A stretch of 64,000 bases of DNA from Octopus sinensis. Its lineage: Eukaryota. The notes beneath the pieces were generated by a model. The model saw only the letters and a list, made by a program, of their open reading frames with translations. It was not told where the DNA came from and did not search any database. Made by a program: the position numbers and the translations under genes. Positions 1 through 12,316 of this stretch are shown here, one piece after another (position 1 is the stretch's first letter; each line of letters starts with the position of its first letter). The DNA lies in assembly GCF_006345805.1 (NCBI RefSeq), contig NC_043000.1, forward strand, positions 136,276,001 through 136,340,000, written 5' to 3'.

Positions 1-59
1 ATGTTAGGGTGAGCAGTTGACTACTTCAACACTATAAATCGCTTTTCTCCCATTAACAC

Positions 60-1090
60 TTATCCTGAAGTTAGCATTTATGATTTACTTGAATCATTAC
101 TTCTCTACTACCAACTTGATAGAAGCCTACCACCAAATTCCATTCTGTGAAGAGGATTTTCACTTGACAGCTTTTGAAGACTGTAACAAACTGTTTGAAT
201 TTTCTTGCCTATGCTTACCATTCAGGTGTACCAAGACTGTTGTTATATTTCAGCACATTATGGATTCATTCATTTATGATAATTCTCTTCAAAAGACCAA
301 TTCTTACATTGACATCATTTCGGAGGTGAAACAAAAGAAGAATTGAAAGGCAGCAAGCTGGCAGAAACGTTAGCATGCCAGGCGAAATGCGTAGCAGTAT
401 TTTGTCTGTCTTTACATTCTGAGTTCAAATTCCGCCGAGGTTGACTTTGCCTTTCATCCTTTCGGGGTCGATAAATTATGTACCAGTTATGCACTGGGGT
501 CGATGTAATCGACTTAATCTTGTTTGTCCACTCTATGTTTAGCCCCTTGTGGGCAATAAAGAAAAAGAAACAAAAGAACATGGTTATGGTTTACCCAAAT
601 CTCAGCAGGCATCTGGGCAAGCTGGTATGCAATTTAACAAGTCAAAATACCTTGGCGTAAAATCCATCTGCTTCCAAGGGCATGTGATAGAGAAAGTAAT
701 GCCTAAACTAGATGCAGAAAGATATCAGACATTAATGAACTTGAATAATACAACAGGAGTTGAACCATTTAATTGGATTATTTGCATAATAAGCTAAGTG
801 GATTTTGAATTTTTCAGAACCAACCATGCATTTAACAAACAATTTAGTAACTATTGATAAAGTGAGTTTACCTCCAGCGCCCATGGATGCCATATTAAAA
901 CTCAAATAAGAACCTGTGAAATCAAGTCTGGTGGCTCCAGACCTTGGCTGGCCATTCCTTGTAGTGACAGATGCTACTGATGTGGCATTGGGTGGGGTGT
1001 TATCTCAGGATTGAAGGCCAGTGGCATTCTATAGCTGAACACTTCAAAATGCCACCAGACACAAATCAGTCATAGAAAAGGAATCTGAAG
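60..1090 (+). mobile_element. Ty3/gypsy LTR-retrotransposon pol relic (RT + RNase H), interrupted by a SINE
   Basis: RT motifs EAYHQIPFCEEDFHLTAFE..LPF..FQHIMD..SYIDII (about 89-327), then FNKSK..ICFQGHVI (about 630-690). RNase H motif PFLVVTDATDVALGGVLSQD*RPVAFYS*TL..KSVIEKE at 952-1089. In-frame stops and frameshifts show it is dead. Confidence 0.9.
348..566 (+). mobile_element. tRNA-derived SINE family B (Meta-domain-like), inserted in the gypsy RT
   Basis: Head GCTGGCAGAAACGTTAG, B-box GAGTTCAAATTCC, central GCCTTTCATCCTTTCGGGGTCGATAAA. Flanked by GAAACAAAAGAA at 328-339 and 567-578 (likely TSD). Confidence 0.85.
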
Positions 1091-1534
1091 TGTTGCAGAT
1101 GCTGGCAACATCTTATAATTGCCATATCCTCTGCATCCAATGCATACTTTATTTTTAAAGAGAATGGTTTTTTTTTACTTTGACAAAGATTTCTCTTACT
1201 GTTTCTATCAGGTCTGGTCATGCAATCACTTACAGTCTCAATCATTCATTGGTCAATAAGTGTCAATAATTTAAGCATGAGGCCAGCAGATTTGAGGGTA
1301 AGAGTTAGATGATGCTGTCAACCCCCAAGCCTTTTTGTTGAATAGGACAAAAATCTCAAAACTACAAAATGAAAAATATTTTTCTTGAAGATTGTAGCTT
1401 AGTAACCTCTGCTTGACCCTTAAGAATAGATCAGTTTCAAACCACATTCTACAGTTTTGCAAAGTTGCAAAAAAGCGTGTGTGTGTGTGTAAGGGGCGTG
1501 TGAGAGAGAGGGAGTGAGGAAGGGAGAGAAAAAT

Positions 1535-1679
1535 AGAAGAAGAAGAAGAAGAAGAAGAAGAAGAAGAAGAAGAAGAAGAAGAAGAAGAAGAAGAAGAAGA
1601 AGAAGAAGAAGAAGAAGAAGAAGAAGAAGAAGAAGAAGAAGAAGAAGAAGAAGAAGAAGATGATGATGATGATGATGAT
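1535..1679. repeat. (GAA)n microsatellite followed by (GAT)n
   Basis: Near-perfect GAA run to about 1659, then GAT repeats. Confidence 0.98.
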
Positions 1680-1764
1680 ATATTGAAGAATGAGGTTCTA
1701 CACAAAACAACCAAATGGTCATGACTAGAAAGGCTTTCATCATCACAGGTTTGTTCAATCAGGG

Positions 1765-2199
1765 CAGAGGTCACCAAACTATGGCCTGTGGGTTGGATTC
1801 AGTCGACAAGATCAGTTCATCCTGCCTGCTGCCACACTGTACCTTTTGTGTATGTACCTGCAATGAAAGTTCACTTGCCTCTGGTATGGCATCAGTGTTT
1901 GGGAGCAAACATTTTAAAAAATGAATCATGTGAAGTTAGCACATCGTATGAGGTTGCCTGATGAACATTTGAAAGCAATTCTCTTGGTTGGATGCAGCAA
2001 TTCAAAAACAAATATTGATGATATCTTAAAAGATAAACATAAGTTTCACAAATCTCACCAACCATTTTTGCTGCTTAGTTTGTGAGATTCAGATATGTGT
2101 GCACTGGTTGTCTTTATTTTTGTGTATTCACTGTATAGTATTGAACTAAATAGTTATGTGCCCCATGCAATCTGCTATGAACAATGTTGGTGACCCCTG
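1765..2199 (+). mobile_element. hAT (Charlie-like) DNA transposon, internal-deletion derivative
   Basis: TIRs CAGAGGTCACCAA (1765) and TTGGTGACCCCTG (2187-2199). Perfect 8-bp TSD AATCAGGG at 1757-1764 and 2200-2207. Internal hAT C-terminal remnant ASVFGS.. / HRMRLPDEHLKAILL..KFHKSH (about 1880-2060). Confidence 0.92.
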
Positions 2200-2555
2200 A
2201 ATCAGGGCATAACACAACAAAACAAGAAAAGAATATCGTACTGCCTATTATAAAATCCAGATAAATCCTTTCTCTTTTTTTATATAATAGAATAAAAATT
2301 TAAAATCTAGTTCTAACATAAAAGTAATATTTTGTTGCCTTTACGTAGTAATTTGCTAATTAATGTTCAGTCTATGAAATCGGTTACAAAATTCTAAAAT
2401 TAGATTCGTATTTCCTGAATACTTAAAAAGAAACTAACATTAGCAACTGCACTTCATCTTTATGATCTTTATGTATTTGAGTGGAATCAACATTTTATTC
2501 CGGTTACTATTTTTTTTTTGTTTGCTAAAATCTGTAGTTAAACTTGTAGATTAGA

Positions 2556-2947
2556 CTAGCAGTATCGCCCGGCATTGCTCGGGTTTGTAAGGGAAATAAC
2601 TATAAAGCATTTTTAGAGAGTTATAGCCAAAAAATAGCAAAAAATGCATTAAAAATGGAAAAAAAATTATGGTAATTTTTTTTAAAAAATCGTTGACTCA
2701 TCGTAGACATTTTTAGAGAGTTACTTCCCTTTATTTAAAAAATATGCATTAAAATGGAAAAAATGATGATAAAATATTTTTAAAATCGTAGACTCATCGT
2801 AGTCGCGCGCTAATACCCAGAAGGGCTTGATATGAATCACGACTATAAGATACCCGGTTTTGGTTAAACTGCACCGCAAAATGTGGGAGCAGTTAGGAAT
2901 CTAAATCGGAGTAGACAGACACACAACCTTACTTTTATATATAAAGA
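2556..2947 (-). mobile_element. Non-autonomous Helitron-like element
   Basis: On the minus strand it starts TC(TTTATATATAAAAG) and ends CTAG, preceded by a GC hairpin (plus CCCG-GCATTGCT-CGGG, 2568-2583). It sits between A and T with no TSD. CATTTTTAGAGAGTTA is duplicated internally. Confidence 0.8.
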
Positions 2948-5900
2948 TATATCCAATTGTCATTTTATATTTTTACTACAATGCTGTAGTAAAAGAAACA
3001 AACCAATATCTGTATAGATATTAAACCAGTTAGTTATGCCAGTCATACAGGTTAATATATTAATATCTAACCAGTTATCTACATGAAACAATGGCATAGG
3101 TTTAATGATATAGTTATTAAGATATAAACACACACATATGCATACACTCATATAGCTTAGAAGGGTAGTGCCTCATACCTTTGCAGACTGGCTGTGATTG
3201 CTGTGATCAATATGGTCTATGAACAACTTGAAAAACTTTCGCTCCAACAATGTCTTAGTTTATCTGACTTTCTTTTCCTTCTTTGTTCTGAAAATTAGTA
3301 ATGTTATAAAAGTCCTCTCTCTTATCCATTGCTGCTGTTTCTCATAGAATTATTTTGTTGACTCTTATTGAGGAGTAAATCATCACAAAATAGAATAAAG
3401 GACAGTGGAAATGATAAATTAAATGAGAAACATTTCTTATAAATATATATGTTTTAGTAATTTCAGCCAGAAAATGAGGGGCACTGGGGTCATTGGTGCA
3501 GCATAGTATCCAAATGTACCACAAATTTTTAAGCAGATAATCTAAGTTGTTTATGTCAAGCATTTGGAAATTTTGAGAGATATGAAATAATTTGATTCTA
3601 AGTGTGGAACTCAAAGTAGATAAAACTATAAATAACATCATGTAAATATTAGGTAAAAAATTCTTTAGCTTGAAAAAGTTGATGGTTGCCTATGGTACTT
3701 GAACCTACATTTCCAGTAAACATGACAGACTTTCTACCAATGGACCAAAGTAATATTTTGAATTTGTGTGTCCATTTTAGAAACTTCCTTCTTATCAGTA
3801 AGAATTGTAAATTGTTTGGTAATGAAAATTTAGATACTTCCAATGGATTTACAGGAGATGTGGCTTTGAGTTCCATCTGTGGCCTTTGATTTTTTTCTAT
3901 CCAAAGGCTTTCAACCTAAAATCTTCATGCAATTATTTATAGTTTATCTACTCCAGGTTCTAGCACTAAAACCAGACTATATAGTTTAAAGTTTTAGAAA
4001 ATCCATGTCAATACTTCCTTGTCATAAAGAAAGGTGTTATTCATAATATTGGTATGAATAATTACAAAGTAAGAAGTAGTTTTCTATATTTCTATTTTAA
4101 ATCTTTAAAACATTTTTTTTTTATTTTTACAAGTTTCCATGTAAAGTAAGCCAGTAATTTTGTATTTGACTTCTAGTACATCACAAAGTGAAAAAAAACA
4201 AAAAATTAAAATAAAAACCAAACTTTTAAAATCTTTCTAACATTGAGCAGCCCAGGGATAGGAAAAATGCAAGAGTGATAATTTTCCAATGGTTGCATAA
4301 ATTGTAATATCATACTGGTGAAAGAGTGCATGCTTTTTTGGTAGCAGCAAAAGAACAGAAGAATAAAAGCATGCCAAAATTTTTAAAAATTACGAATTTT
4401 ACAGTTCAGCATTACTGGAACCTGATGTATTGTGATGAACAAAAATGTCTTGGAGAAGTGTTCCTAGAAAACTTTCCACATACGTTCACTCATTAGTTTC
4501 TTTATTCTTTAAATTCTATATTTTATTTAATTCCAGCAAGAATAATAAATATCCAGTTTTTTTTTTCTTTTTATGATATGAATATTTTTTTTTTTTCTAG
4601 ATGATATTTTTAAATGTTGATATTTGCCTTAGTCAAGTGCAAAATAGAAATTGTTGTGAATTTTCACTCAAGAATACATTTGCACAAGTAAGATAAATGA
4701 GACTTTACTTAGAAAGCAAATTGTGATGTTGGAGGGTGAAGTGAAAATTTTGTTTATAACTTTCAATCATAAAATGTAACTTGCTTAGATTTTAATAAAT
4801 TTATTAATAATGGGGGAAAAGGTAAAAAAGAAACTCCACTTTTCACCAATATCAGTTATTTACAAGCCAACTGACTATTCATTTAATTTCTTTTTTCAAA
4901 CTGCAAGTATACGTATATGTATATTATATAAACACACACACACACACACACGTGCGCCAGCATGCATATTTATGTATGTATGTATGGAATATATGAATGG
5001 ATGTAGGTATGCTGCATGTGTTTATTTCTTTTGAAAGAAATAAAGAATCTAATTTAATACTGGGTTAATTTCAGACAACAAAAATTACACCTCAATGCAA
5101 GAATATTATATATAGATGTGTGTGTATACATATTTTCATATATATACACAGATTCATACATATGAACACACATACAACTTATATATATATATATAAGTTA
5201 GATTTAATATTCCAAAACACTTCAATTTATTTTTTGTTTTTGTTTTTTAAATAAGAATTTATTGCAAAAGAAATTATTCTCATTCATTTTCTGCTGTACA
5301 CAGTTTTGTTTTGGATTCTTTTATTGTTTACATCATGAATATTTTTACATTTTTGTGAAGGTATATATTAAAAGGAATTTATTAAAAGAAATTTAATTCA
5401 AAATCTATTATACATTTTTCTTCTTTTTTAATAATAGAACATTTAAACTGATTTTGAATAGAAGCCAAATAGCATTCTATATTAGAGAATGCTATAACTT
5501 ACTATTTCTCTATTATTTAACTAATTAAATGAAAGGTTAAATGTAGCTAACATTCCCTAGAAGACTACCTTTAGTGACATTTTCTGACGCTCATAAAAAC
5601 GTTAATGAAATCAACATGTAATATTGTTTTAAAAGCTGCAAATTGTTTTCAATTTTAGCCAAAAGTGAATTCAAATAAATGATTATTTTATATTGGAAAT
5701 ATAATTTAACATAGAAACAGCAGAAAGCTGTAACTAAAATTGTGATAGAACAGAATCTGTATAAAAACAAAAATAATGGTAATCTGAACCAACTTAGAAC
5801 ATGTTGCAAAGGACAAACAAGAATGTAATGATAGTATACTGAAGGCATCTTAATTAAACATAACAATTTATTTTTAGTTTTATGAATGATAAAGATGAGT

Positions 5901-6196
5901 GATGATTGCTGCTGTGTCAGTCTGTTTATTCTTCATAAGCAGAACAATCCAATATAACTTTCTCATTTTAATATTATAAAGAATCATTTAAAAGGAACTT
6001 ATCTGTTCATGACACCAGTCACTCTTGTTGAACTGGAAGGGTATTGGTAGTGTCAGAAATCCCTTTTGGCTGTAGAGAATAGAGGATTTTTATGCCATTG
6101 ATAGGATAAATACAAAGCAGGGAAGTTGGGTGTTTGTGTATTTTACTAAGCAGATAGCACAGATACTTTGATGGAGAATATACTGAGGTTGCAAGA

Positions 6197-6520
6197 TCAT
6201 CATCATCATCATCATCATCATCATTGTCGTTTAACGTCTGCTTTCCATGCTAGCATCGGTTGGACAGTTTGACTGAGGACTGGCGAACCAGATGGCTGTA
6301 CCAGGCTCCAATCTTGATTTGGCAGAGTTTCTACTGCTGGATGCCCTTCTTTAACGCCAACCACTCCAAGAGTGTAGTGGGTGCTTTTACGTGCCACCGG
6401 CATGGGGGCCAGTCAGGCGGTACTGGTAACGGTCACAGAAAATCGTGTTTTTTTTTTTACGTGTTACCTGCACACCGGCACAAGTGCCAGTAGGGCGACG
6501 CTGGTAATGATCACATATGG
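6197..6520 (-). mobile_element. SINE family D, (ATG)n-tailed, with GGCGTTARGAAGGGCATCCAG central block
   Basis: (ATC)n tail at 6197-6224 on plus. Body matches copies at 32090, 57720 and 63170. Confidence 0.8.
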
Positions 6521-7385
6521 GTATTGACATGAATGACTAAAACTTTTGATGGCAGTGCTCCTCTATGGCCACAATCACTATACATGAGTGTGAGACCCAG
6601 TTTTGACCATAGGCTCAGGAACCGGGGGTACAGGGAGTGCAAGTGCACCATCTACAATTCTTATGGGGCAATGTAAACACTTTGAAAGTCTTGGGTTGGA
6701 GCAGGGTTTGCATCCACAAAGCAAATTTCATTCCCACACATATAGCTTTGACTGCCAGATCCAGCAAAACAACATTACAATAAAAGATAGCTTTTATTAT
6801 TATAATCAATTACGTTGGTTGTTAGAGTAATACACAGGTTATTACAGTAACACTCTGAGAAAGAGAGGGAAACGGATATAGCAAACATATGATGTGAAGA
6901 TGTTTAGGAAAAGGTATCTTATCTATCTGGTAGATTGAATGGGAAGTAAAATTACTTATGGATGCTCTCCGTATGATAAATATATAGTTCATCTGTGCTA
7001 AGATATTAAAGGTATTGAACAGAAAAATTATTAATAAGAAAATGTTGTTCACTTCTTAGCAATTTTAGTATCTACCTAATTATCTCATAGTCTCAGATTT
7101 CAGCTGGAAAGATATTCAAGATTGAAGTAAATGTTGATGTCAAAGATGAGTTTAAATCTTTGTGATGCTTTCATGGGAAATTATTGGTGAAGTCCCTTGT
7201 GTGAATCAAGCAATTCAATTAGAATGTGTATCAACATGCTCAGTGTCGTCAGCAAAATACGTAGAAGTAGTGAAAGTGAACCATACCTAATGAACTGGGC
7301 CCATGTAAATTGTTCTAATAACACTGCACAACAGTTTTTAATTCTTGAACTTTTACCAATTCTTAATGTGTATCAGTAAAATAAA

Positions 7386-7804
7386 AGGCGCAGGAGTGGC
7401 TGTGTGGTAAGTAGCTTGCTAACCAACCACATGGTTCCGGGTTCAGTCCCACTGCGTGGCATCTTGGGCAAGTGTCTTCTGCTATAGCCCCGGGCCGACC
7501 AATGCCTTGTGAGTGGATTTGGTAGACGGAAACTGAAAGAAGCCCGTCGTATATATGTATATATATATAAGTGTGTGTGTATATGTTTGTGCGTCTGTGT
7601 TTGTCCCCCTAGCATTGCTTGACAACCGATGCTGGTGTGTTTATGTCCCCGTCACTTAGCGGTTCGGCAAAAGAGACCGATAGAATAAGTACTGGGCTTA
7701 CAAAGAACAAGTCCCGGGGTCAATTTGCTCGACTAAAGGCGGTGCTCCAGCATGGCCACATCAAATGACTGAAACAAGTAAAAGAGTAAAAGAGTAAAAG
7801 AGTA
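7386..7804 (+). mobile_element. tRNA-derived CORE-type SINE family A (octopus OR2-like), full length
   Basis: A-box TGGCTGTGTGG, B-box GGTTCAGTCCC, CORE-like TTGGGCAAGTGTCTT, central (TA)n(TG)n, tail (GTAAAAGA)n. Confidence 0.9.
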
Positions 7805-7989
7805 ATATACTAAGCAAAATTTACTTGTCATTTAAACTGAAACATGCAACATATACTTAATTAATTCATTTATAACTAATTTTATCCTTATTTTTATATC
7901 ATAAATTCAATCAAAACATAGAATTGTAGAATATATTAGACAAATTTATATATAAGTGTTGTAAATTTGATTTTCTCTTACAAACGTGG

Positions 7990-9480
7990 TGTTAGCTGTT
8001 GTGATATTACACGAAGCCAAAGACAGCCTTCATGTTTTCATTCCTATATTCTTGGCACCACATTTCCATTGTATGAAATTCCTTGTTTACTGCATCAAGA
8101 TTCTCTGGTAAGGTATCTAAATGAGAATGCAAGAAATAAATTTTTAGTGATATCCAACGATCCACTTTACCAAAGGCTTCAAAGAGTTCTTCATAGTCAT
8201 CTCTCTTTACAGAGGACTTATTATTCCTCATAAAACTTGTGCATAAGCATTTAAAAGCTTGTCAAGCTTTAAATTTCAATAGCTTGATGACTTGTTTCAG
8301 TTTTTAAAACTTCCCTGATTTGCAGTTCCACAAAAATATTCTCCTTTAATTTTGATACATTGCGAAAGGGTTTCTTAATTTAAAGAGAAATGATGAAATC
8401 ATTTTTAATTGCCTTCATCTGTTACTTACACCTAATTTTCCATAAAGAAGTAATAGAACTCTTTTCTTGGGATTAACTAAAGGGACACATTGGTGCCTGC
8501 TCATTCTTGAAACATATACTCTTTTACTCTTTTACTTGTTTCAGTCATTTGACTGTGGCCATGCTGGAGCACCGCCTTTAGTCGAGAAAATCGACTCCAG
8601 GATTTATTCTTTGGAAACCTAGTACTTATTCTATCGGTCTCTTTTTGCCGAATCACTAAGTTATGGGGACGCAAACACATGAGCATCAGTTGTCAAGTGA
8701 TGTTGGGGGGAACAAACATACACACACATATATATATATATATATAAATACATATATACGACGAGCTTCTTTGAGTTTCCGTGTACCAAATCCACTCACA
8801 AGGCCTTGGTCGGCACGAGGCTATAGCAGAAGACACTTGCCCAAGGTGCCACGCAGTGGGACTGAGCCTGGAACCATGTGGTTGGTAAGAAAGCTACTTA
8901 CCACACAGCCATTCCTGTGCCTATGTTGAACTTTGCTGCTTCTCACGTTGTAGCAGCACAACTGGTTCTAAAGGAAAAAAAGAAACTGCAGTATACTGTA
9001 AATCCTGTTTCAATGCCAACAACTTTGAATTATTTAGAGAGATTTCATTGATGAACAAGATATTGAATGTAATCAAGCAATACATCTGTGTTGTCAATTG
9101 CATTTCTCTTTTAGATGGATAAAGTGGGCAATTTAAAGTGATTCATTTTATATCTTCATTGTGCAGTAGAACATTTTTCAAGCTTCTTTATGATGAATTA
9201 ATGAAGAAATGTCAGACAGATCCTAGATAAACCTCAAAAACAATTTGTGAAGAATTTATCAATGTCATTGCAATAACAGAATGGATAATTTATTATAAAG
9301 CATGTTACCAAATTAAAATTACCACTTTTAATAACAACTTACTTTCACATTTTCATCAACAAAATTGCTCTTCTTCAGCCTTGAGCCAATAAAACTTTTG
9401 TTTTTTGACTTTAGAGAGAAAAGTTTCTTACAAGGTCATCTAAAGTTCTTGAGGAAGTAACTTTGACTCCAAAGTTTCAT
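7990..9480 (-). pseudogene. Chapaev3/CMC-like DNA transposase relic, interrupted by a SINE
   Basis: Collinear decayed motifs on minus: DDLVRN..GSRLK (about 9370-9450); FINSS*RSLKNVLLHN..AHFIHLKE (about 9110-9210); GFTVYCSF (about 8980); PLVNPKK.VLL..KLG (about 8430-8485); SLKIYFLHSHLDTLPENLDAV (about 8090-8155). Superfamily name is from recalled motifs. Confidence 0.8.
8518..8923 (-). mobile_element. SINE family A, full length, inside the transposase relic
   Basis: Reverse complement of the 7386 consensus. Confidence 0.9.
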
Positions 9481-9648
9481 CAGTGATGCACCACATTTCC
9501 AATTGATCATTATAGAAATCCAATTGATCATTATCCAACTTCCATCTCATCATTATAAATGCTAATCTATCATTTTGTGGGTAAGTTAGACTGGCCTCCT
9601 TGTTAAATTACAGATTTGGATAAATAATCATGTGCTTGTTCTTTGTAC

Positions 9649-9960
9649 GTTTGTGTCACCCTTTTCAAGCCTAGCCAGGCTCATAGGCCCGGTTTCCTGG
9701 TTTCTGTGGTGTATGTGTTCCCCCACAGCTGGACAGGATGCCAATCCATCGTAGCATTACTTAAGAAACTGGAAGAGAGAATGAGAGAAAGTTGTGGTGA
9801 AAGAGTACAACAGAGGTCGCCACCACCCCCTGCCAGAGCCTCGTGGGACTTTTAGGTGTTTTTGCTCAATAAACACATGCAACACCCAGACTGGGAATCG
9901 AAACTGCGATCCTCTGACCATGAGTCCGCTGCCCTAACCACTGGGCCATTGCACCTCCAC
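9649..9960 (-). mobile_element. tRNA-derived SINE family C
   Basis: tRNA-like head on minus (CAGTGGTTAGGGCAGCGGACTC..TTTCGATTCCC) and a body shared with 18024, 29580 and 60301. Probable TSD TTGYTCTTTGTA (about 9636-9647 and 9962-9973). Confidence 0.8.
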
Positions 9961-11149
9961 TTTGCTCTTTGTAGAACATCTAATTTTGTAAACTCTGAAA
10001 AAAAAAGCGGTGACTATGATGACCACTTTCTTTTGTGCTCATCTAATAATGAAGAAGCAAAATAGATCTTAATGTGGTGCCTATTGCTTGTCTTAGTGAT
10101 TTATATGACAACCAAAGTATAGTTTCATAAGAACTATTATGATAGTTCATCATTGTATATTATTTGTAAAGGTAAAATGATTGGATCATATTACATTTGT
10201 GATGCATGCTGCTTCAATGACAATGATTTAAACAAATATTCTGAAAAATGTGAAATATTTTCCATGTAACTATAACAAAAAATACACGTGGTGTCTCTAG
10301 AGACAATGAAGAAAATAATTTCTTCATAATATGAGGCAGGATTGGAAATTAGAATTAAAGAATTATAAAGAAAAATATTAATTTTTAATATTTTTTGTTT
10401 ACTTATGAAGTATATAGTTGGTGGTAATGATGCAGGGCACTATTTCAGTCACTTTAAAAATTCTCAGTATGATAAACCAGTTACTTGTTATTAAATATTA
10501 TTTTTTGAAGTGAGACATTTCATTAAAGATGAAAATAATTACAAACAAGAGGCAATTCATGGAATGTATTTTTGCTCTTTTCTTCATAGAACATTGGTGG
10601 TTTGGGAACCGAGAGAAAAGAGAAAATGTTCTTAGTATTATATATATAGAATAATAGCCATCTCCAGAGGAATTCTACTGTGTATTATCATAGTCAAATG
10701 TCTTGTAGTAGCCAATAACTACTGTTTCAGCTACAACATCCACACAAACCATTTTCTGATATAGTCTTTGATGTATAGACAATTGTCTTAAGCTGTTGTT
10801 TCTTATTAGTTATCCATCTCATTTCAAAGAAAACCTATATATCCTACTAAAAACAGACTTGAAATTAACTTCAGTAATTGTCTCTGGTCCATGCAAACTA
10901 ATCTTCAATACAAATCCTTTGTTGACCAGTAACTGGGTCATTACTGTAGCCTTCAAAACATGCATTACTATATTAAATGATAATCCAGAACACGAAAATA
11001 GGTATTGAGAGTAACTAGATTTTCCCATTCAATCCTCCTATATACTTTTTACTAATCAAAATTTATCAGTGACTTGTTGAACCTGGATCAAGACCCAAAA
11101 GTAATTCTGTCATTCTTTAGAATCGTCTATAATGCAGTATCTTTCTACA

Positions 11150-11400
11150 GATCTAAATTTCATTTTGTCTTCTCTCTTTGATCTAATATCTTTTATATCC
11201 CAAGTCTTTCTCATTCTACTTCTTCTATGCATGCTTTCTATTATCTACTCACACTACATTTTTACCCACTCTGAATCGTCCATTCATGTTATATGTTCAT
11301 ACTAGTTATCTATTTATGTCTTTAATGCATATTTATTTTTCTCAAAGCAATTGTCTTCAGCATATCTGGTCAGTTATTCAATGGATGTTCAAAGAGCTCT
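11150..11400 (-). mobile_element. RTE-like LINE 3-prime relic
   Basis: Minus-strand YEHIT*MDDSEWVK and RMRKTW resemble the RTE C-terminal GHV.RMD..WVK..RGRPRKTW block. Heavily decayed. Confidence 0.5.
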
Positions 11401-11757
11401 ATTCAGTTCACTCTACCTTAACCATTATAAATGTTCTACATTCACAGTTCACATTTAGCAACATTCAGTATGTGGTGTTAACATTTCTTACACATGCTTC
11501 ATAAAGTTAGTGTGCTTTTGATGAGAGAGGATCTATTTGTTGTCAACAATATCACCTATAGCTGCAGCAACAAAATGACAACAATAATGGCTAATAGTTT
11601 CTTTATTGTGACAAGGGCAGCACAGGCAAAAACTTTATGATAAAGTACAATTAGTACAATACAACACCATAGAAATGAACAAAGAGATTTACACCCCCAC
11701 CCCCCCACACATATATGAATAAAACTAGAAATTCACAAAAATACAGTTTATATAATA

Positions 11758-12316
11758 CTAGCAGCTAAGCCTGGCTTCACCTGGCTGTTTGGATGATGTG
11801 GCTGTGATCGTTTACGCTTAGGCATATGTGAATGAAAATTAAGTTCAGACTTGTACAATGGTAGCTAGACCTGGTAGAAATAGCAGCCAAATCTCCCTCA
11901 AAACACCCTACTGTCTTAATCTGACAATTCTGCTTATTATGTAGTTTTAATGAGGAACTGTAACTAAAGATTAAGATTATTAATCCTACAAAGAGGTGAA
12001 AGAAAAGAGATAGCATAACGAAAGTTTTGGCTGACTGTCATCCTCTACTCCCCTTGTTGTTAGCGAAATGGTGTATGCCGACTGTATGAGCAACTGTTTT
12101 AATGGCAGAACACACAGGGGAATTCCATTAGAAAACGTTTTAATCGATTTTCTCAGTAAGTAGGGGGGCTACGCAAAAAATACAAACCGTATTCCAATGT
12201 ATGCACCCGTCTGCACATGTGTGCCATTTTTCACACGAATCCACCTGGCCGTTTGGCTGTGAACCTCAAGACAAGAAAGAATACAACTATCGCCCATGTC
12301 CAATTTGTATTATAGA
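11758..12316 (-). mobile_element. Second, older Helitron-like element
   Basis: Plus strand begins CTAGCAGCTAAGCCTGGCTTCACCTGG (decayed terminal hairpin + CTAG) and ends ..TATTATAGA followed by T (minus 5-prime TC after A). Internal CCTGGCCGTTTGGCTGTG block. Confidence 0.55.

Noticed and set aside
1271-1777. Poly-Ser/Leu ORFs here and similar ORFs at 16818-17562, 18844-19134, 23998-24534, 60852-62520 and 63582-63953
   Set aside because: They are translations of microsatellites.
1959-1980. CTGATGA..GAAA hammerhead-like string in the hAT element
   Set aside because: No stem II can form, and the bases are explained as transposase codons (PDEHLK).
3649-3920. About 89-codon open frame on minus after a TTTTAG acceptor
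   Set aside because: No recognisable homology and no phase-consistent neighbouring exon could be established.
7386-7460. tRNA genes at SINE heads
   Set aside because: A and B boxes are present but there is no complete cloverleaf, and the heads continue into SINE bodies.
7373-7615. Recurring ORFs RRASFSFRLPNPLTR..PGTMWLVSKLL, seen about ten times
   Set aside because: They are translations of SINE family A, not a gene family.
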